A DNA stretch of 64,000 nucleotides from Eledone cirrhosa (Eukaryota), in assembly GCA_964016885.1 (NCBI GenBank), contig OZ024740.1, forward strand, positions 114,266,001-114,330,000, written 5' to 3'. The notes under the pieces were generated by a model that searched no databases, had not been told where the DNA came from, and saw only the letters and a list, made by a program, of their open reading frames with translations. The translations under genes and the position numbers were made by a program. Shown here one piece after another: positions 13,112-26,441 of the stretch (its first letter is position 1; every line of letters starts with the position of its first letter).

Positions 13112-13966
13112 TTATGGTGGGTCATGGTTAGTGCGTGGTCTTCCTGTGAAAGTTTGTGCAGAAAAGGTATGCATCCTAGTGTGTCTGCAATTGACAATTA
13201 TGTCCGACCTATAGTTTATGGCGGAATCAAGTTTAATTATTTCCGCCGCCTCAGCTAGGCACAATCTGCAATGGTTTCTGTCACTGGGGATGTATGCCAC
13301 ACGTCTTTTTACTGACCACGAGATCAGGGTTTCAATATTCTTGTCCTTGAGGTCCCAGATCAGATCGGCCAGTTTTGTTTGGGGTCGTTTCGATCTATGT
13401 TTGAAGGAGATTCTGTGGTTATACCAGCGCTCCTTAAACGTAGTGGATGTCGCACCTATATATGAGTACTCCTTATTGCCGGCAGTGACATCGCACCGGT
13501 AAACAATATTCTTAACGAGGCTCTCCCCGTTTAGTGGGCATTCATCTCGTTTTTTGCAGTTGCATTTGGGAGTAACCGGTGCGGTGCAACGTTGGCGGTT
13601 GGTGTCGTGCGGTGTTGGTGTGCTGTGTGTGTTGTTGTGTTGTGTTGTGTGTGTGGTTTCGTTCTGGGTTGTAGTGGTGGTTTGTTGGGGAGAAACCATG
13701 TGTTTTCGTATTTTTGCCCTATTATTGTGTGCTATTGTGTGGCCTAGGTTTGGTGCTCTGGAGAAAGAGAATTTTACTGTGTGTTTATTGAAGAACTTGT
13801 GGTATTTGTGTGTGTGTGGAAAAGATTGTTCGAGGGCCCTGAAAAAGGTTCCCGGTATGTTAGTGGCGATGTGTATAGAATAAGGGGGGGGGGTTATACC
13901 ACGTGACAGGTCTACTTCGGTTTATGCGTTGTTTAGTGAGTTTGTGTGTGTTTTGGTCAGCCGTCC
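13112..13966 (-). pseudogene. PLE linker + GIY-YIG endonuclease fragment (Hydra type), 5'-truncated, frameshift in a poly-C run near 13890
   Basis: WYNPP/YSIHIATNIPGTFF..FNKHTVKFSFS, CNCKKRDEC (CxCx5C), IVYRC..YIGATSTTFKERWYNH, CRLC; collinear with the C-terminus of the 59614-62016 protein. Confidence 0.9.
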
Positions 13967-15595
13967 AATTCTAATCTAACTTCACTTTATCTTATTTCAT
14001 TTCATTGAATTTAACTATATGTAAGCCCGTATTTTGTATATCATGCCGCATACATAACCCACACCAAAAAATCACACTAACCATGACACACCATATTAAT
14101 AACCACCTATACCCCGTCTCAACATCGCCCACCTCATTGAACCTATTGTATTGTACTCCATGTTACCATCTCTAAGCCCCCATTTGTATATCATGCCGCA
14201 CACATCACCATCACCACCACCAAAATTCACATCAACATACACACCTCATAGTTGCAACATCGTATTAAATCGGTACCATATGATACGTTCTACCTTGCAA
14301 TCCACAATGACAAGTGACCTTGTAAATACAATGTTGACCATATCACACCATCGCCACCACCACCACACCACACATCGTCATGTGCATACCATACACGCCT
14401 ACAACCTCATCGCCCCCATGTTCCCTCTATCTACCCTAACCTGCAACCCCACGCTAAATTTGACCCTGTAACTGTACTGTCGCACACACACACAACCACC
14501 GCCACCACTAAATACATCCACATACTTCGACAATCATTATCATTACATCATCAACACATATCATCCCTCGCTCCCAAATCGACTGTATTATATACCCCCA
14601 CCCCCCGTCTGCTAACCATATAACACACCGTAACCTCTGATCATGTAATCATCTTGCCGAACATATCACCCCAGTACCACCACCATCACCATGTCCACAA
14701 CACACATCGCCGTACGTCCATAAACGCTTTTCCCCCGCGTTCCCTATGTCACCTTTTAACCGGTTTCGATCCGGTATATATATTTTTGTCCCTCACAACT
14801 CCACCACCACCATCACAAAACACAACTCCATACTTCATCAACACCGACAAAACATACCTCCATTCCCCAACCAACAATAGTGTGTGTGTCTGTGTGTAAG
14901 TATTTTACTCATACGGGCGTTTTAAGTGTGCGTGCGTGTACGCAAATTTATCTCTATATGTGTGCGTGTGTGTGTATGTGAACACATGAGTATGCATATG
15001 TCTATGTGTGTGTATATATATATATGTATATATATATATATCTGTATATATATGTATGTGTGTGTGTATGCATATGTGTATGTGTGTGTATATATGTATG
15101 TGTATGTATGTGTGTGTATGTGTACGTCTGCATATATGTATATGGGTCAATCTGACTGTATGTGTAGGTGAGCTCATATATGTGCATGTATGTGTATATG
15201 TGCGTGTATGTGTGTGTTGTCGGTACATGTGTGTGTATATATATATGTGTGAGTATACGTGTGTGTGAGTGTGTATGTGTATATCTTGCATACATGAGTG
15301 TGAGTCCATGTGCCCATACCCATGTGTATGTATGTGTATGTATATATGTAAAACACCCTCTACATCGCCCCTCACCTTCCCCCCATCTCTGTCGTTCGCC
15401 ACCCCCACCGATACTCCCCAACTCTCCATATTCGTGTCCGCTTGCGCGCATGCACATACATGTGTGTACATATACATATGGCTGTGTGTGAGCGTATGCC
15501 GATATGTGTGGGCAAGATGTGCGTATGTGGTTTATGTTGTGTGTGTTTAGACAACAATATATGTGCACATATATATATGTGCACATATATATATA

Positions 15596-16105
15596 TTGTT
15601 ATACTTGGGGAGGGTCATATTTGTGTAATATTGCCAGAATTAATAACAGAACACACTCACTGTTTGGTTGGTTTTCGCTTCTCGCTGTCTTTTATATCTG
15701 TAATCTAGCTTACTCGGTCCTCAATGTTGCCATTGACTGACCGACGGACAAAAATGATAGAGATCCAATATAGACACAAACACATATATATAGTTTACAT
15801 AATTCACATAAATCTTTCGTTGCACATCTGCAACATCGTCAGTGGTGTTATATTTTCCTCCTGTTGTGTTGTATGTCTACGCCATTTTTTTTTTAATTCA
15901 GTCTGTCTATATATTTATTTATTTATTTGCTTTATTTTATTTTGTCTTCTTTGCGCATGCGTTTATTTATTTATTTGCTTTATTTTATTTTGTCTTCTTT
16001 GCGCATGCGTTTGCGTGTGTGTATAGTGTTATGTTTGCTGTGTGACCTGTGTGTATAGTGTTATGTTTGCTGGTTGACTAGTGTGTGTTTATGTGCTTGT
16101 TGTTA
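15596..16105 (-). mobile_element. 3' end of a PLE related to the 25167-28821 family
   Basis: Terminus TTGTTATACTTGGGGAGGGTCAT matches TTGTTATACTTTGGGAGGGTCAT at 25170; carries the same HHR architecture. Confidence 0.75.
15805..15847 (-). ncRNA. Minimal type I hammerhead ribozyme with an extra nucleotide after A9
   Basis: CACCA-CTGACGA-T-GTTGCA(GATG)TGCAAC-GAAA-GATT-TA-TGTG. Confidence 0.75.
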
Positions 16106-16133
16106 TTGTGCTTGTATATATATATATATATAT

Positions 16134-16308
16134 AACAAAGAAAGTGTGGCAAGGAACCAGGTGGACCATAACGCACCAGAGTACTCGATTCGTACGGTAG
16201 TAGATTGGGTAATCGGAAAAGAGTCAGGACCCAGACGGCTGAGATCCGGCCGTTTCGACAGCTAGATCCGCTAGATCCGAACTCTTTCCTGACTCTTTTC
16301 CTGACTCT
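16134..16308 (-). mobile_element. Diverged copy of the short (TA)n-anchored palindromic family
   Basis: Reverse complement of the tail TGGTGCGTTATGGTCCACCTGGTTCCTT and of GAAACGGC..GCCGTC seen at 23319, 24449, 48269 and 54112. Confidence 0.75.
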
Positions 16309-16887
16309 ATATATATGTGTGTGTGTGTGTGTGTTTATGACAATGAGAGCCGAAGAAAAAAACAGGAGAGAGTGATAGGGAGGGACAGCAGAATGTGGGT
16401 GTTTAAGAAGGTGATAAACATTATTAGAAAGAAGTCTATTCTATAAGTACAACAAGTAATCATTGCTGAGTTATTAGCGAAGGCTTATAGTTACTTTCAT
16501 CATTTCTGTTTCAGTAGTGTGGCTACATAAACCAATATTCGTGGCAGTTATGAATGTAATCAAATATACGCCTGAAGAATTGAAAGAAGATGCTATTTCA
16601 TACCATACGACCTACTGATAAAATTTCCTGCTAATTCTACGGATTAGAGAAAAGCGGATTATAAGAAGGAAAAATCTTAATACTTTGCTATCTTGAAACA
16701 CCTGCTGGTTTCATTATATGACAGCCATTATTCGTTGTATTTACAGTTATGTTATGTTTATGGTGTGTTTGGCGTGTGTTTCGAGTTTTTATCTTATTTA
16801 TATATTGGTTGTCTTCGGCTGGTATTTGTTTATACACAAACATACGTATGTGTTTGAATGTGTATATTTGTGTGTGTGTATATATAT

Positions 16888-17118
<231 letters not shown>

Positions 17119-18229
17119 TGGTTAAATGAATACAACCATATATACATGCATACATCTGCATATATAAAAGTTAAATAACAAATGAATATAAATGTAGGAA
17201 ATCATATCAGAAACCGAAAATATATAATTCTCTAACTTTGTCATCCTGGGTAACCTTCATATCTTTCTATTAAAACGCTGACTTCCTCTATCTATACATT
17301 TTACCTGAACTAACACACACACACACACAAACTCATATATATATATATATAAGTTTGTGTGTGTGCGTGTTCTATCTATATAAGTTACGCGGTGCATTAT
17401 TCGATTATATATTCGATTATATATGTATGAAATAAATACAGAGTGCCAGCGTAGTTTTAAGAATTATTTTATCAAATATACACGTAGTGATATGATTGGA
17501 AATCAGACTAGGAAGTAGGAATATTTATATAATAAATTACGTCAGAATCTGTCGGAGCCTAGCGTCATTAGTTGCAACAGTTTTTAAGTACTTGTTTTGG
17601 CAGAAGCGGACTAATCTCAGACCCGAGCGGCAACGACTGACTGCAGACGACTAGAGGAGGGTTTTCACTGCTCAACCAATGTGTGTTGCATTTTTGTTTC
17701 AATATTTGTGCAGCAGTTATGACGCTTTTGCAGTTTTTTTTTTTTTTTTTTATTCATTTCAGTTATCCGCTAGATATGGCCCAAAGGCCTTTATAACCCG
17801 TCAACCTCCCTCTTTCAGTTATTCCTTGTTATTATACTACGATTTCGAGCTTTGTTTTAAGATTATTTCTCCATTATTGAGTCAATATAACAGTTGGTAC
17901 GATGCAACGCTGAACCCTTAACACTAATAACATGAAATAGCTCAAATATTTATATACAAAAGATTTATATACAAAAAGTGCTGAGATTGAATTCACAATC
18001 AACTCATTGGGCCGTGTTGTGGGTAGAGATGTCGAAACGTTTCTCTCAATTGTATCATTACCTTTATTTAAAACGTGTCAACATTAACAAAAGCGTACCA
18101 AATCCAATTACATCAATATGAAACCCTATAAATGTTAAAAAAAGAAAATATTTTTCGCTTGCTTCATATTTTTTTTATTAAAAAGAACATTCGTATTCCA
18201 TGCCTTTCTTTCTTGCAGTTTTAGTCACA

Positions 18230-19200
18230 TTTGCTGCTGTGGATGTTATTTAGTAGTCAACATTGTGCAGCTCCTGGCAGGGAATTTCATGTTGATGTTG
18301 CTAAGCATTGTAATGTTATATTGCTGCGAAAGAAAAAATCTTTTTCTGCAATTGCTGAAGAATGCAGCAATGAAAGAAGTTGTCTCATGAACTTAGACAG
18401 TAACGGGTAGGTTCTTCTTGAGAAACAAATGTAGTATTTCTTAGGCTCATTTTGTGTATTAAGGGATTCATTTTGCAGAGTCAATTGCCTCTATTCTCGA
18501 TTATTTGTTCATATTGGTCTTCATGCACAAGACTGGAAAATTCCATTGCCAGTGGTATGATCGATTTTGGTTTTCTTCCAATGATATTAGTAGGGTCAAG
18601 AGCTTTAAGTAGCTCTAAATTTGTAAATATTTTTGTAACTCCTTTTGTGAAATGGCGGCAAATTTTTCTATTAGAATAGATTCTGCAGTGACACCATAAT
18701 AGATGTCTTTTCACATTTACTTTACTGATATCATTCACTTTCAATAACTCTCTTTTGATGAAGTTACGGACAATAGCTTTCATTTCGGTGTTAATGGACA
18801 ATCCTGGAACTCCAATCTGAGCTTAACAATGCAGAATACATTTTTTTTCATGGGCCTTTGTAATTCCCTTAATATTTTCGAAGTCGTCATAGAGATGCCA
18901 TCTTCTAATGATACCACTGGTCCAAAATTCTTTGCACAACTTGTGTCAAAAAAATTCATCTTGTGCAGCTTATATGAGATATTTTGCGAAGACTTATATT
19001 TGTAATTTTTAAAAGTTCTTGCAATTACCTGGGCGCGTTCGACGGTTGATTATATCAGGATTTTTCTGCTTTAACATTTGTTGAACACATTTGCTGTCCA
19101 TCATAACACTGGCATTATCAATTCAAAATGTTTCTCAAAGAAGCAAAACAGTTAACTTATTGAAAGATTATACAAGCAAAGCACACTGCACGCCGTGACA
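18230..19200 (-). pseudogene. Decayed hAT-superfamily transposase
   Basis: Minus-strand translations KISHISCTR*IFLTQVVQRILDQW (TRWLS motif, W to stop), LDPTN..SIIPLAMEF and YPLLSKFMRQLLSLLHSSAIAEKDF (hAT dimerisation-domain motif); multiple stops and frameshifts. Confidence 0.8.
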
Positions 19201-22200
19201 CAACCGCTTAAACTGAACTGATACGGTTGTCTTCCAAGAATGTGTCTTCAGCGGTATCTATTCAAGTAAAACGCCCATTGATCGACTGTGAGCCACTAGT
19301 GCGTTATTACTGGCTAAGAGGATAATACAGAAGATGGTTGTCTACCGATATGAAATACTACGCAGAATTGATATTGACGTCGTGAGATCTGAGGGCAAAT
19401 ACATTTAATAGGCAGATTTTCGACGTAAAAGTCTTCATAGCTGAAGAATGGTAAATCCTTAAATGGTGATTTTAGAATATCAATTAAGCTAAATTCGCAA
19501 AGCAAGCACAAACTTTATAACATAACAAAAACACCGGTCGTGTTGCCAAACATACAGAAATTCAAATTAAGGGCAAATAGTCCCACATTTCTACGAACGT
19601 ACCAGCTTCGTCAGTTTGGGCAATATCATTTCCTTTTATAACTTACTTTTCGTGTCTTATTTTTACTATTATATCGTTTCTCTGTGGCAAATAGATAAAT
19701 ATAATCATTATCGTAGTTTTCGTAGTCATCATCATAATCAACATCTTTATTATCATCCTCATCATTATCATCGTTGTCGTTGTGGCCATTGCTAACATTA
19801 GTCACGTCATGGTAGTGGTGTATAGGTAGGTATATACGGTACAGAGAGTGGGTGAAATGATATATGATATGTTTCTTAGTGGTATGACATGTGTGAATTA
19901 CACGCCTTTCATCACTCTAGTAATCAAATAAAAAATAAAAAACACTAACACAGTTCATTTAATTATAATCTTTTCATCCCCGAGTTTGATCTGTCCCTCC
20001 TACTACTACACAACAGAAACTATATAATTCATTTCAAAACGACTCTTATTGTACATTATATTTTCATATATCTGTTGTTTTCAATTATTATGAAAATATT
20101 AACTTGATATAGTCATTAAAACAAGGTAGAATATAATCGAAAACAGAAGAAAAGTATTTATACAAAAAGTATTTATACAAAAATAGAAAAATATGAAGTA
20201 GAGAACAATATGTGAATAGTGCAAGAAAACATAGGTAATTGAATCGAGAACTACAATAAAGAGTCAGGAAGAATTTTAAAGTAATGGTCAGAAAAATGAA
20301 CAAAGGACCAAATTGTTTCTATTTTGACTTGATTTGTATTGTGCTTTCAATGCCTGATGTAGTCGAATGGGGCGTCGACGTGACCTATAGCGTGTTCTGA
20401 CAACTTAATTTGATGGAGTCAATTCATCTTCAAGTCTTACTACATACTATATTTCAATAGGAGTGAATGAGTAAGAGAGAGAGAGTGTGTGAGAAAGATA
20501 GAAAGAGACAGAAAAAGAGAAAAAGAGAGAGAGAAGGAAAGATAAAGAGAGAATAAGAGAGATGGATACTAACAGAGTATTGTATTTGTACTTATATTAT
20601 CGACTCGAAATGCAAACAGGCAAATTTGATCTAGAAGGAACTTGAACTCAGAACCCAATGAACCGGACTGAATAAGCCAGGACATTCTACCTTGTATTGT
20701 TTAGCTCCAGTTCAACCTTCATTGAGTAAAAATATTTCAGAACAATTGTATCCCAGTTATTACTATCCTTTATGTATTTACCCAAATACATTTATCCAAT
20801 AGTACTTTATCAAAAGTATGTTTCCTGCTGTGTAGGATCATTTAAAGTATATGTAGCTGAGATTTCAAGATGGTTGCGGGACAACCATATAAAGGTTCGA
20901 TTGTTAGCTCTAATTATCGTTAGTGATAGATGAGAGATATGTAACATATGAGCCACAGAATTTTCAATTTAGTTTGAACGAAAATTTTAACTCACAAAAC
21001 TTTTATTTATAGAATTTGCATATCTCTTGAATCGACTAAGAAATCATTTGAAGAATTATCTATCCATATATAATATCTAAAGTAACTTAACATGACAACA
21101 TCTAAGTATTTCTAAATAATTCTCCCGTGGTAACGATTCTCAATGGCTCAACTTCGAAACCTAACAACCACTGCTTAATTATTAGTAATATGTTTATTGA
21201 GCCATTGTTTGTCAAATGGTTTTTACCAAAATGCATTGAAGATCAAGAGACAGAATATGAAAGATAAGCTTTTATCGTATAGATTCCTGTAACTACACAC
21301 TTTACGTTAGGTGTATCCATAGCTATTATAAGAAAACAACGCAGGAACCTCTACGTGGTCGTTCTGTTTTCTCATAATAGCAGCAATGTTTCCTTAAATG
21401 CTGCTACTACGTATTTTAAGAAACGGTTATATATAATACCAGATTCAACAATGTAATATTAGATATACGACACCTAGACGAACGAAAAAATTGGAAAGGA
21501 CATATCTAGAACGATTTCGATCATTGTTGGCTTCGATATAATTGACAAAAAAAAAGTAACAAGAAAATAATGTAGATTATCGCATACGGCTTATTATGAA
21601 ACGGGTTTATATTAGCAATTGTTGACAAACACAATATTAAAGTGATACTGCATTGCACTCACAACGTCGTTCTTTCCAAATTGTCCTTGAATACAAAAGT
21701 ACTTTGTTAAGAGGGCATTTATATATAAATCGTTTTACACAATGAGAATATGCGTATAGCTTGGTTTCTATTATGCACTATTTAATTCTCAGAGGTACTT
21801 TGTAAAAGTATCTGTCACTGTGGTAGCCATTGTATTTCCAATAACAATATTTCACAGGCGACGAAACAGTAGTATATAGCAAATAAGATATTTTAAGATA
21901 CATTCCCTTAGTAATGGCAATAAAGGTTAGCTTTCTTACTTCTGAATTAATATGAATATGTTGTAACACGCTTCATATGGTTATTTCATACAAGTATATT
22001 TCTTTATTATAGTGACTATCCTAAATATATATATCATTAAACGAATAGCATTTATCTATTTGTAATGTAGGCCATAATTATTTGTTGCATTGAAAGTGAC
22101 AGCTTATATAAATGATGCCAACTCATCAGTTACTACCGATGTACGTCATAATTCAACTTCTTCAATTTAGTACATTTATGTTCCTCATGATATACACAAC

Positions 22201-22565
22201 TGAATAATGAGCAGAGTGAAGGAAAATAGTTGTTCCTTCTTCTGAGGATTTCCCATATTTGTTTGTAACATACTACACAGTATTAGCATTATTTTGCGTA
22301 TTCAATGAATTAAAACAAATATAATCTTGTATCAGTGAAATTTTATCACAGAAATATTCAGCATATTACAGTGTCAATTATAGCTTTTACAGATATGATA
22401 TCAGGTTGTAACTTAAAAGAATCTCGTTGCAGATGGCAGACGACACGTTGAGTACATAGGACAACCTTCAGAGTAACAAGTTTCAAGTTTCGTTTTATTA
22501 TAGTATATGTACATCTCTACTATGGCATTGATTAGTCAAGCTCGTGGCTATCTATACTAAGCAGC

Positions 22566-22663
<98 letters not shown>

Positions 22664-23039
22664 TGTATATTTATACAGACACACACACAAACGCACACAT
22701 ATACATATATATGCATATATATAATATATATATATATATGTATATATGTGTGTGTGTGTGTATACATGTATATATTAATAATATAAATCGAAGTTGTAGC
22801 CGCAATATAGCAGATACCATCGGATTGTTTGAGGCTATCACAAAGCAGCCAATGGTGAGAAAATATGATACACATTTGTCCAGAGTGAACACAAAGTTAA
22901 GAATGGGTAACGACCAAATGCATATGGCCATACTTATACTACAATCAGAAGAGACACTGACACACAAACACATATATACATATATCTGTGTGTGTGTGAG
23001 TGTGTGTGTATACATATATATATATATATATAAAAGGAA

Positions 23040-23250
23040 CGATCGACCTTCGTCAAATCGGACCGAGGGAACAATGGTTCCGTTGGTCTTTCCAATTGAT
23101 AATACTATCTATCGGTCGCAACTCCAGGTAGAAGGAGCAACGTGAAAAAAAGTGTCTTGCTCAAGAACATAACGCATCGCATGGTCCAGGAATCGAACTC
23201 ACAACCTTACAATTGCGAATCCAATTCTCTAACCACTCAGCCACACGCCT
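23040..23250 (-). mobile_element. tRNA-derived SINE with CORE-like domain; partial plus-strand copy at 44089-44246
   Basis: Minus strand has A box TGGCTGAGTGG, B box GAGTTCGATTCC, then TGTTCTTGAGCAAGACAC..TTCACGTTGCTCC. Confidence 0.8.
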
Positions 23251-23318
23251 ATACACACACATATATATATATATACATATATACACACATACACACACGC
23301 ACACACACATATATATAT

Positions 23319-23521
23319 AGGTAAAAGTATGACCCCGACGGCAGAGCTCAAGCTGTTTCGACAGCTATTTCTGGACTAAATTAGATTCTAATTTAGTCCA
23401 GAAATAGCCGGCTTGAGCTCTGCCGTCGGGGTCATACTTTTTCATATTTCCCACTCTACTACCCTAAGTATTGAGTACCCTGGTGCGTTATGGTCCATCC
23501 GGTTCCTTACCACAATTCCTT

Positions 23522-23527
<6 letters not shown>
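23319..23527 (+). mobile_element. Short (TA)n-anchored palindromic element (hairpin + ~75-bp tail)
   Basis: Arms ATGACCCCGACGGCAGAGCTC..CTGGACTAAATTAG / CTAATTTAGTCCAG..GAGCTCTGCCGTCGGGGTCAT; shared tail CCCACTCTACTACCCTAAGTATTGAGTAC. Confidence 0.85.
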
Positions 23528-23588
<61 letters not shown>

Positions 23589-23808
23589 AACATAAGCAGA
23601 TAGAACGGAATAGCGCGCAAACACATACGTGTGAGCGGATGTGTGTATTGTTGTGTATGTGTGTTGTTGGTTGTGCGCGTGTGTGTTTATGTGCATTGTG
23701 GGTGTCTGATCGTCGTTGTGTTTGTGTGGTTGTGTTTGTGTGGTTGTGTGTTTTCTACCCACCACCATTTTTCTTTTCTTTTTAATTTCCCGAAAGATGT
23801 TAGCCAGA

Positions 23809-23874
<66 letters not shown>

Positions 23875-24369
23875 ATTTCTTTTTTTCTTTCTTCCTCTCT
23901 CCATCCTGCCGTGTCTTAACACATAGTTAACAATTCTATAGTCATTTATCATTCATTGATGCCAAAGAGTGGATTTGAACTGTTCATTCCACCAATACCA
24001 CCGCCACCATCCACCATCACAATCGCCAGCACCACCATCATCACGATCAACAGGGGAAACACCACTACTGGCAACAGCAGCAACGGCAGCAGCGCTTTCC
24101 AATATACCGTTCTCTACAAAATGTTGGCCCATCTGTCACGAAGGAGAGAGAACCAAATTCCGCCCATTCATATAACGACGGCCAGGATATCCTCTTCTCG
24201 GAGATGCTAGATTAAAGGTCAGATCTGACTAATACGTGCCACACTATATATATTTTCTCTTATATCCAAAAGGTCTCTTGTGTGCTTTCGGATATTTATA
24301 CTTCGAGCTAAATAATTCTTTGATATTTCGAACCCTGTCTATCAAATTATATATATTCGTATATATATA

Positions 24370-24448
<79 letters not shown>

Positions 24449-24453
<5 letters not shown>

Positions 24454-24637
24454 GAGTAGGACACCGACGGCTGAGCTCAAGCCGTTTCGACGGCTAATTC
24501 TGTCCAGAATTAGCCATCGAAACGGCTTGAGCTCAGCCGTCGGGGTCCTACTCGTTCCTATTACCCACTCTACTACCCTAAGTATTGTGTACTTTGGTGC
24601 GTTATGGTCCACCTGGTTCCTTACCATATTTCCTTCG

Positions 24638-24639
<2 letters not shown>
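24449..24639 (+). mobile_element. Short (TA)n-anchored palindromic element
   Basis: Same structure and tail as 23319 and 48269, with a different hairpin centre. Confidence 0.85.
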
Positions 24640-24691
<52 letters not shown>

Positions 24692-24695
<4 letters not shown>

Positions 24696-24878
24696 CTGTT
24701 TCTACTTTTGGCACAGGCTACCAATAACCCAGTGCATTACTGGTACTTTATTTTATCGACCACGAAAGGATGAAAGGTAAAGTTAACCTCGGCGGGATTT
24801 GAGCTCAGAATGGTAAGGGCCGTAACTCTATGTGTCAAAGCATAGCATCCTACCCTCTACCGATACTGCCAATCAACC
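24692..24878 (-). mobile_element. tRNA-derived SINE, second family; other copies 33279-33460 (-), 33632-33810 (+), 33873-34069 (+), 34718-34840 (-), 35308-35512 (-), 48512-48608 (-)
   Basis: Family consensus TGGCAGTATCGG..GAGTTCAAATCCCGCCGAGGTTAACTTTGCCTTTCATCCTTACGGGGTCGATAAAATAAAGTACCAG. Confidence 0.85.
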
Positions 24879-25003
24879 GGAAATAGTTATAATGCAGTTG
24901 AAATAATTGTTAGAAAGATAGCGTGCAATTTGTTAGAGAGGCATATGGAGATAATGTAGGTATTTGTTATGTGAGGTGTAATGCAAAGCACGTGATATAT
25001 ATA

Positions 25004-25122
<119 letters not shown>

Positions 25123-25131
25123 TTATATATG

Positions 25132-25169
<38 letters not shown>

Positions 25170-25344
25170 TTGTTATACTTTGGGAGGGTCATGTTGCCAA
25201 TAAGAAACACACGCGCCAGTTGCTTTCACTTCAATTTATTATATATTTTTATAAATTTATAAATTTACAAATTTACAAATCTACAAACTTATAAATTTCT
25301 GGTTGGTTGGTTGGTTCCACAACCAGATAGTTGTTTATATATAT

Positions 25345-25389
25345 AGTCATAGTCCTTTCGTCACACACTCTGTGACCTCTTCAGTGACT
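25345..25389 (-). ncRNA. Minimal type I hammerhead ribozyme (mirror of 28599-28643)
   Basis: AGTCA-CTGAAGA-G-GTCACA(GAGTG)TGTGAC-GAAA-GGAC-TA-TGACT. Confidence 0.85.
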
Positions 25390-25619
25390 GGGGATTCCTT
25401 TCTTCGTTTCTGTGCCTTTCCTTTCTTCTATCCTACGCCATTTTGTTTCTGTGTGTGTGTTGTGTGCTCAGTTTGCGCATGCGCCACATCCGGGTGTCTG
25501 TGTGTGTTTGTGTTCATTTTTCTATTTTTCTATTTATATTTTTCTATTTGTTTATTTATTTATTTATTTATTGTTGGTTGGTTGTTTGTTCTATGTGTGT
25601 GTGTGTTTTCATTTTGTCC

Positions 25620-26438
25620 TTAATTGTAAGTTGTGATGTTGCTGTTCCACTCATATTTTCTATTTAATTTTGGTTTTAATTCTTTTATGCTTACTGCCTC
25701 TGTAATTTGCCTAAACATTGCGTCTTTTCTGTGTGTGGATTCTATTTTTATTTCTATGCTCTCTAATCTACCCCTGTGTTCTATCTTAGCATGTTGGTAG
25801 AGCACAGATGTTTCTTTATTATCTTGGAGGTCTCGCCAGTGTTCATTTATTCGTTCCCCTATACTACGAGCTGTCTCACCTATGTACACTATATTTTTGT
25901 TTCTACATTGTCCTTCAGTACATCTTATGCTATACACTACATTTCTAGTTTTACAGTTAATATGGGGGCTTATTTTACAGGTTATACATTTCTTATCTAT
26001 ACATGAGGGTCTTTGGAACGGGTATGTCTTGCTAATAAGTGTTTTTACGGAGGTACCAGGTCTTTCTACTATCTTAATATTGAGATTATGTTTATTTAGG
26101 GCCCTTCTAAATTTGTAGGCTAGTTCGCCTCTAGGGGTTGTATTGATGAACATTACACTCTGGTATTTATTGCTATCATACCATGAGTTTATTCTATTGG
26201 CCTTGTTCCTAGTTCTTTCTATTCTATTCCAAAATTTGCTCCTATACAAGGGGCAGGTCCCATTTATGTCATTATTTACCATTTTTTCCCATTTGGTTCT
26301 GGCTCCTTTATACACTCTGATTCTATCTCTCTCATTATAGCCAGAGAACTGCATACGGTGGATGAAGTGTTGTATGTGTCTCTCTAGTTCTTCGGAGTTG
26401 CACATGCGGGACACATTTCTCATCACCCGTACCAAATC
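25620..26438 (-). pseudogene. Inverted duplicate of the PLE thumb/linker/GIY-YIG region
   Basis: 276-aa ORF near-identical to the C-terminus of 26987-28231; retains the intact end IKELKPKLNRKYEWNSNITTYN. Confidence 0.92.
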
Positions 26439-26441
26439 GCG

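Larger units (their letters stand above)
10876..15575 (-). mobile_element. 5'-truncated Hydra-type Penelope-like element (minus, ~10876-13966) fused to an inverted copy of its 3' UTR (13967-~15575)
   Basis: GIY-YIG ORF fragment; 13967-15575 is the reverse complement of ~11450-13062 (same 106-aa pseudo-ORF at 12559-12879 minus and 14151-14471 plus); HHR-like motif at the 3' end. Confidence 0.85.

Noticed and set aside
13112-13699. Selenocysteine-type (in-frame TGA at Cys) PLE, here or at 59614-62016
   Set aside because: No in-frame TGA in either ORF, and the domain order is C-terminal EN
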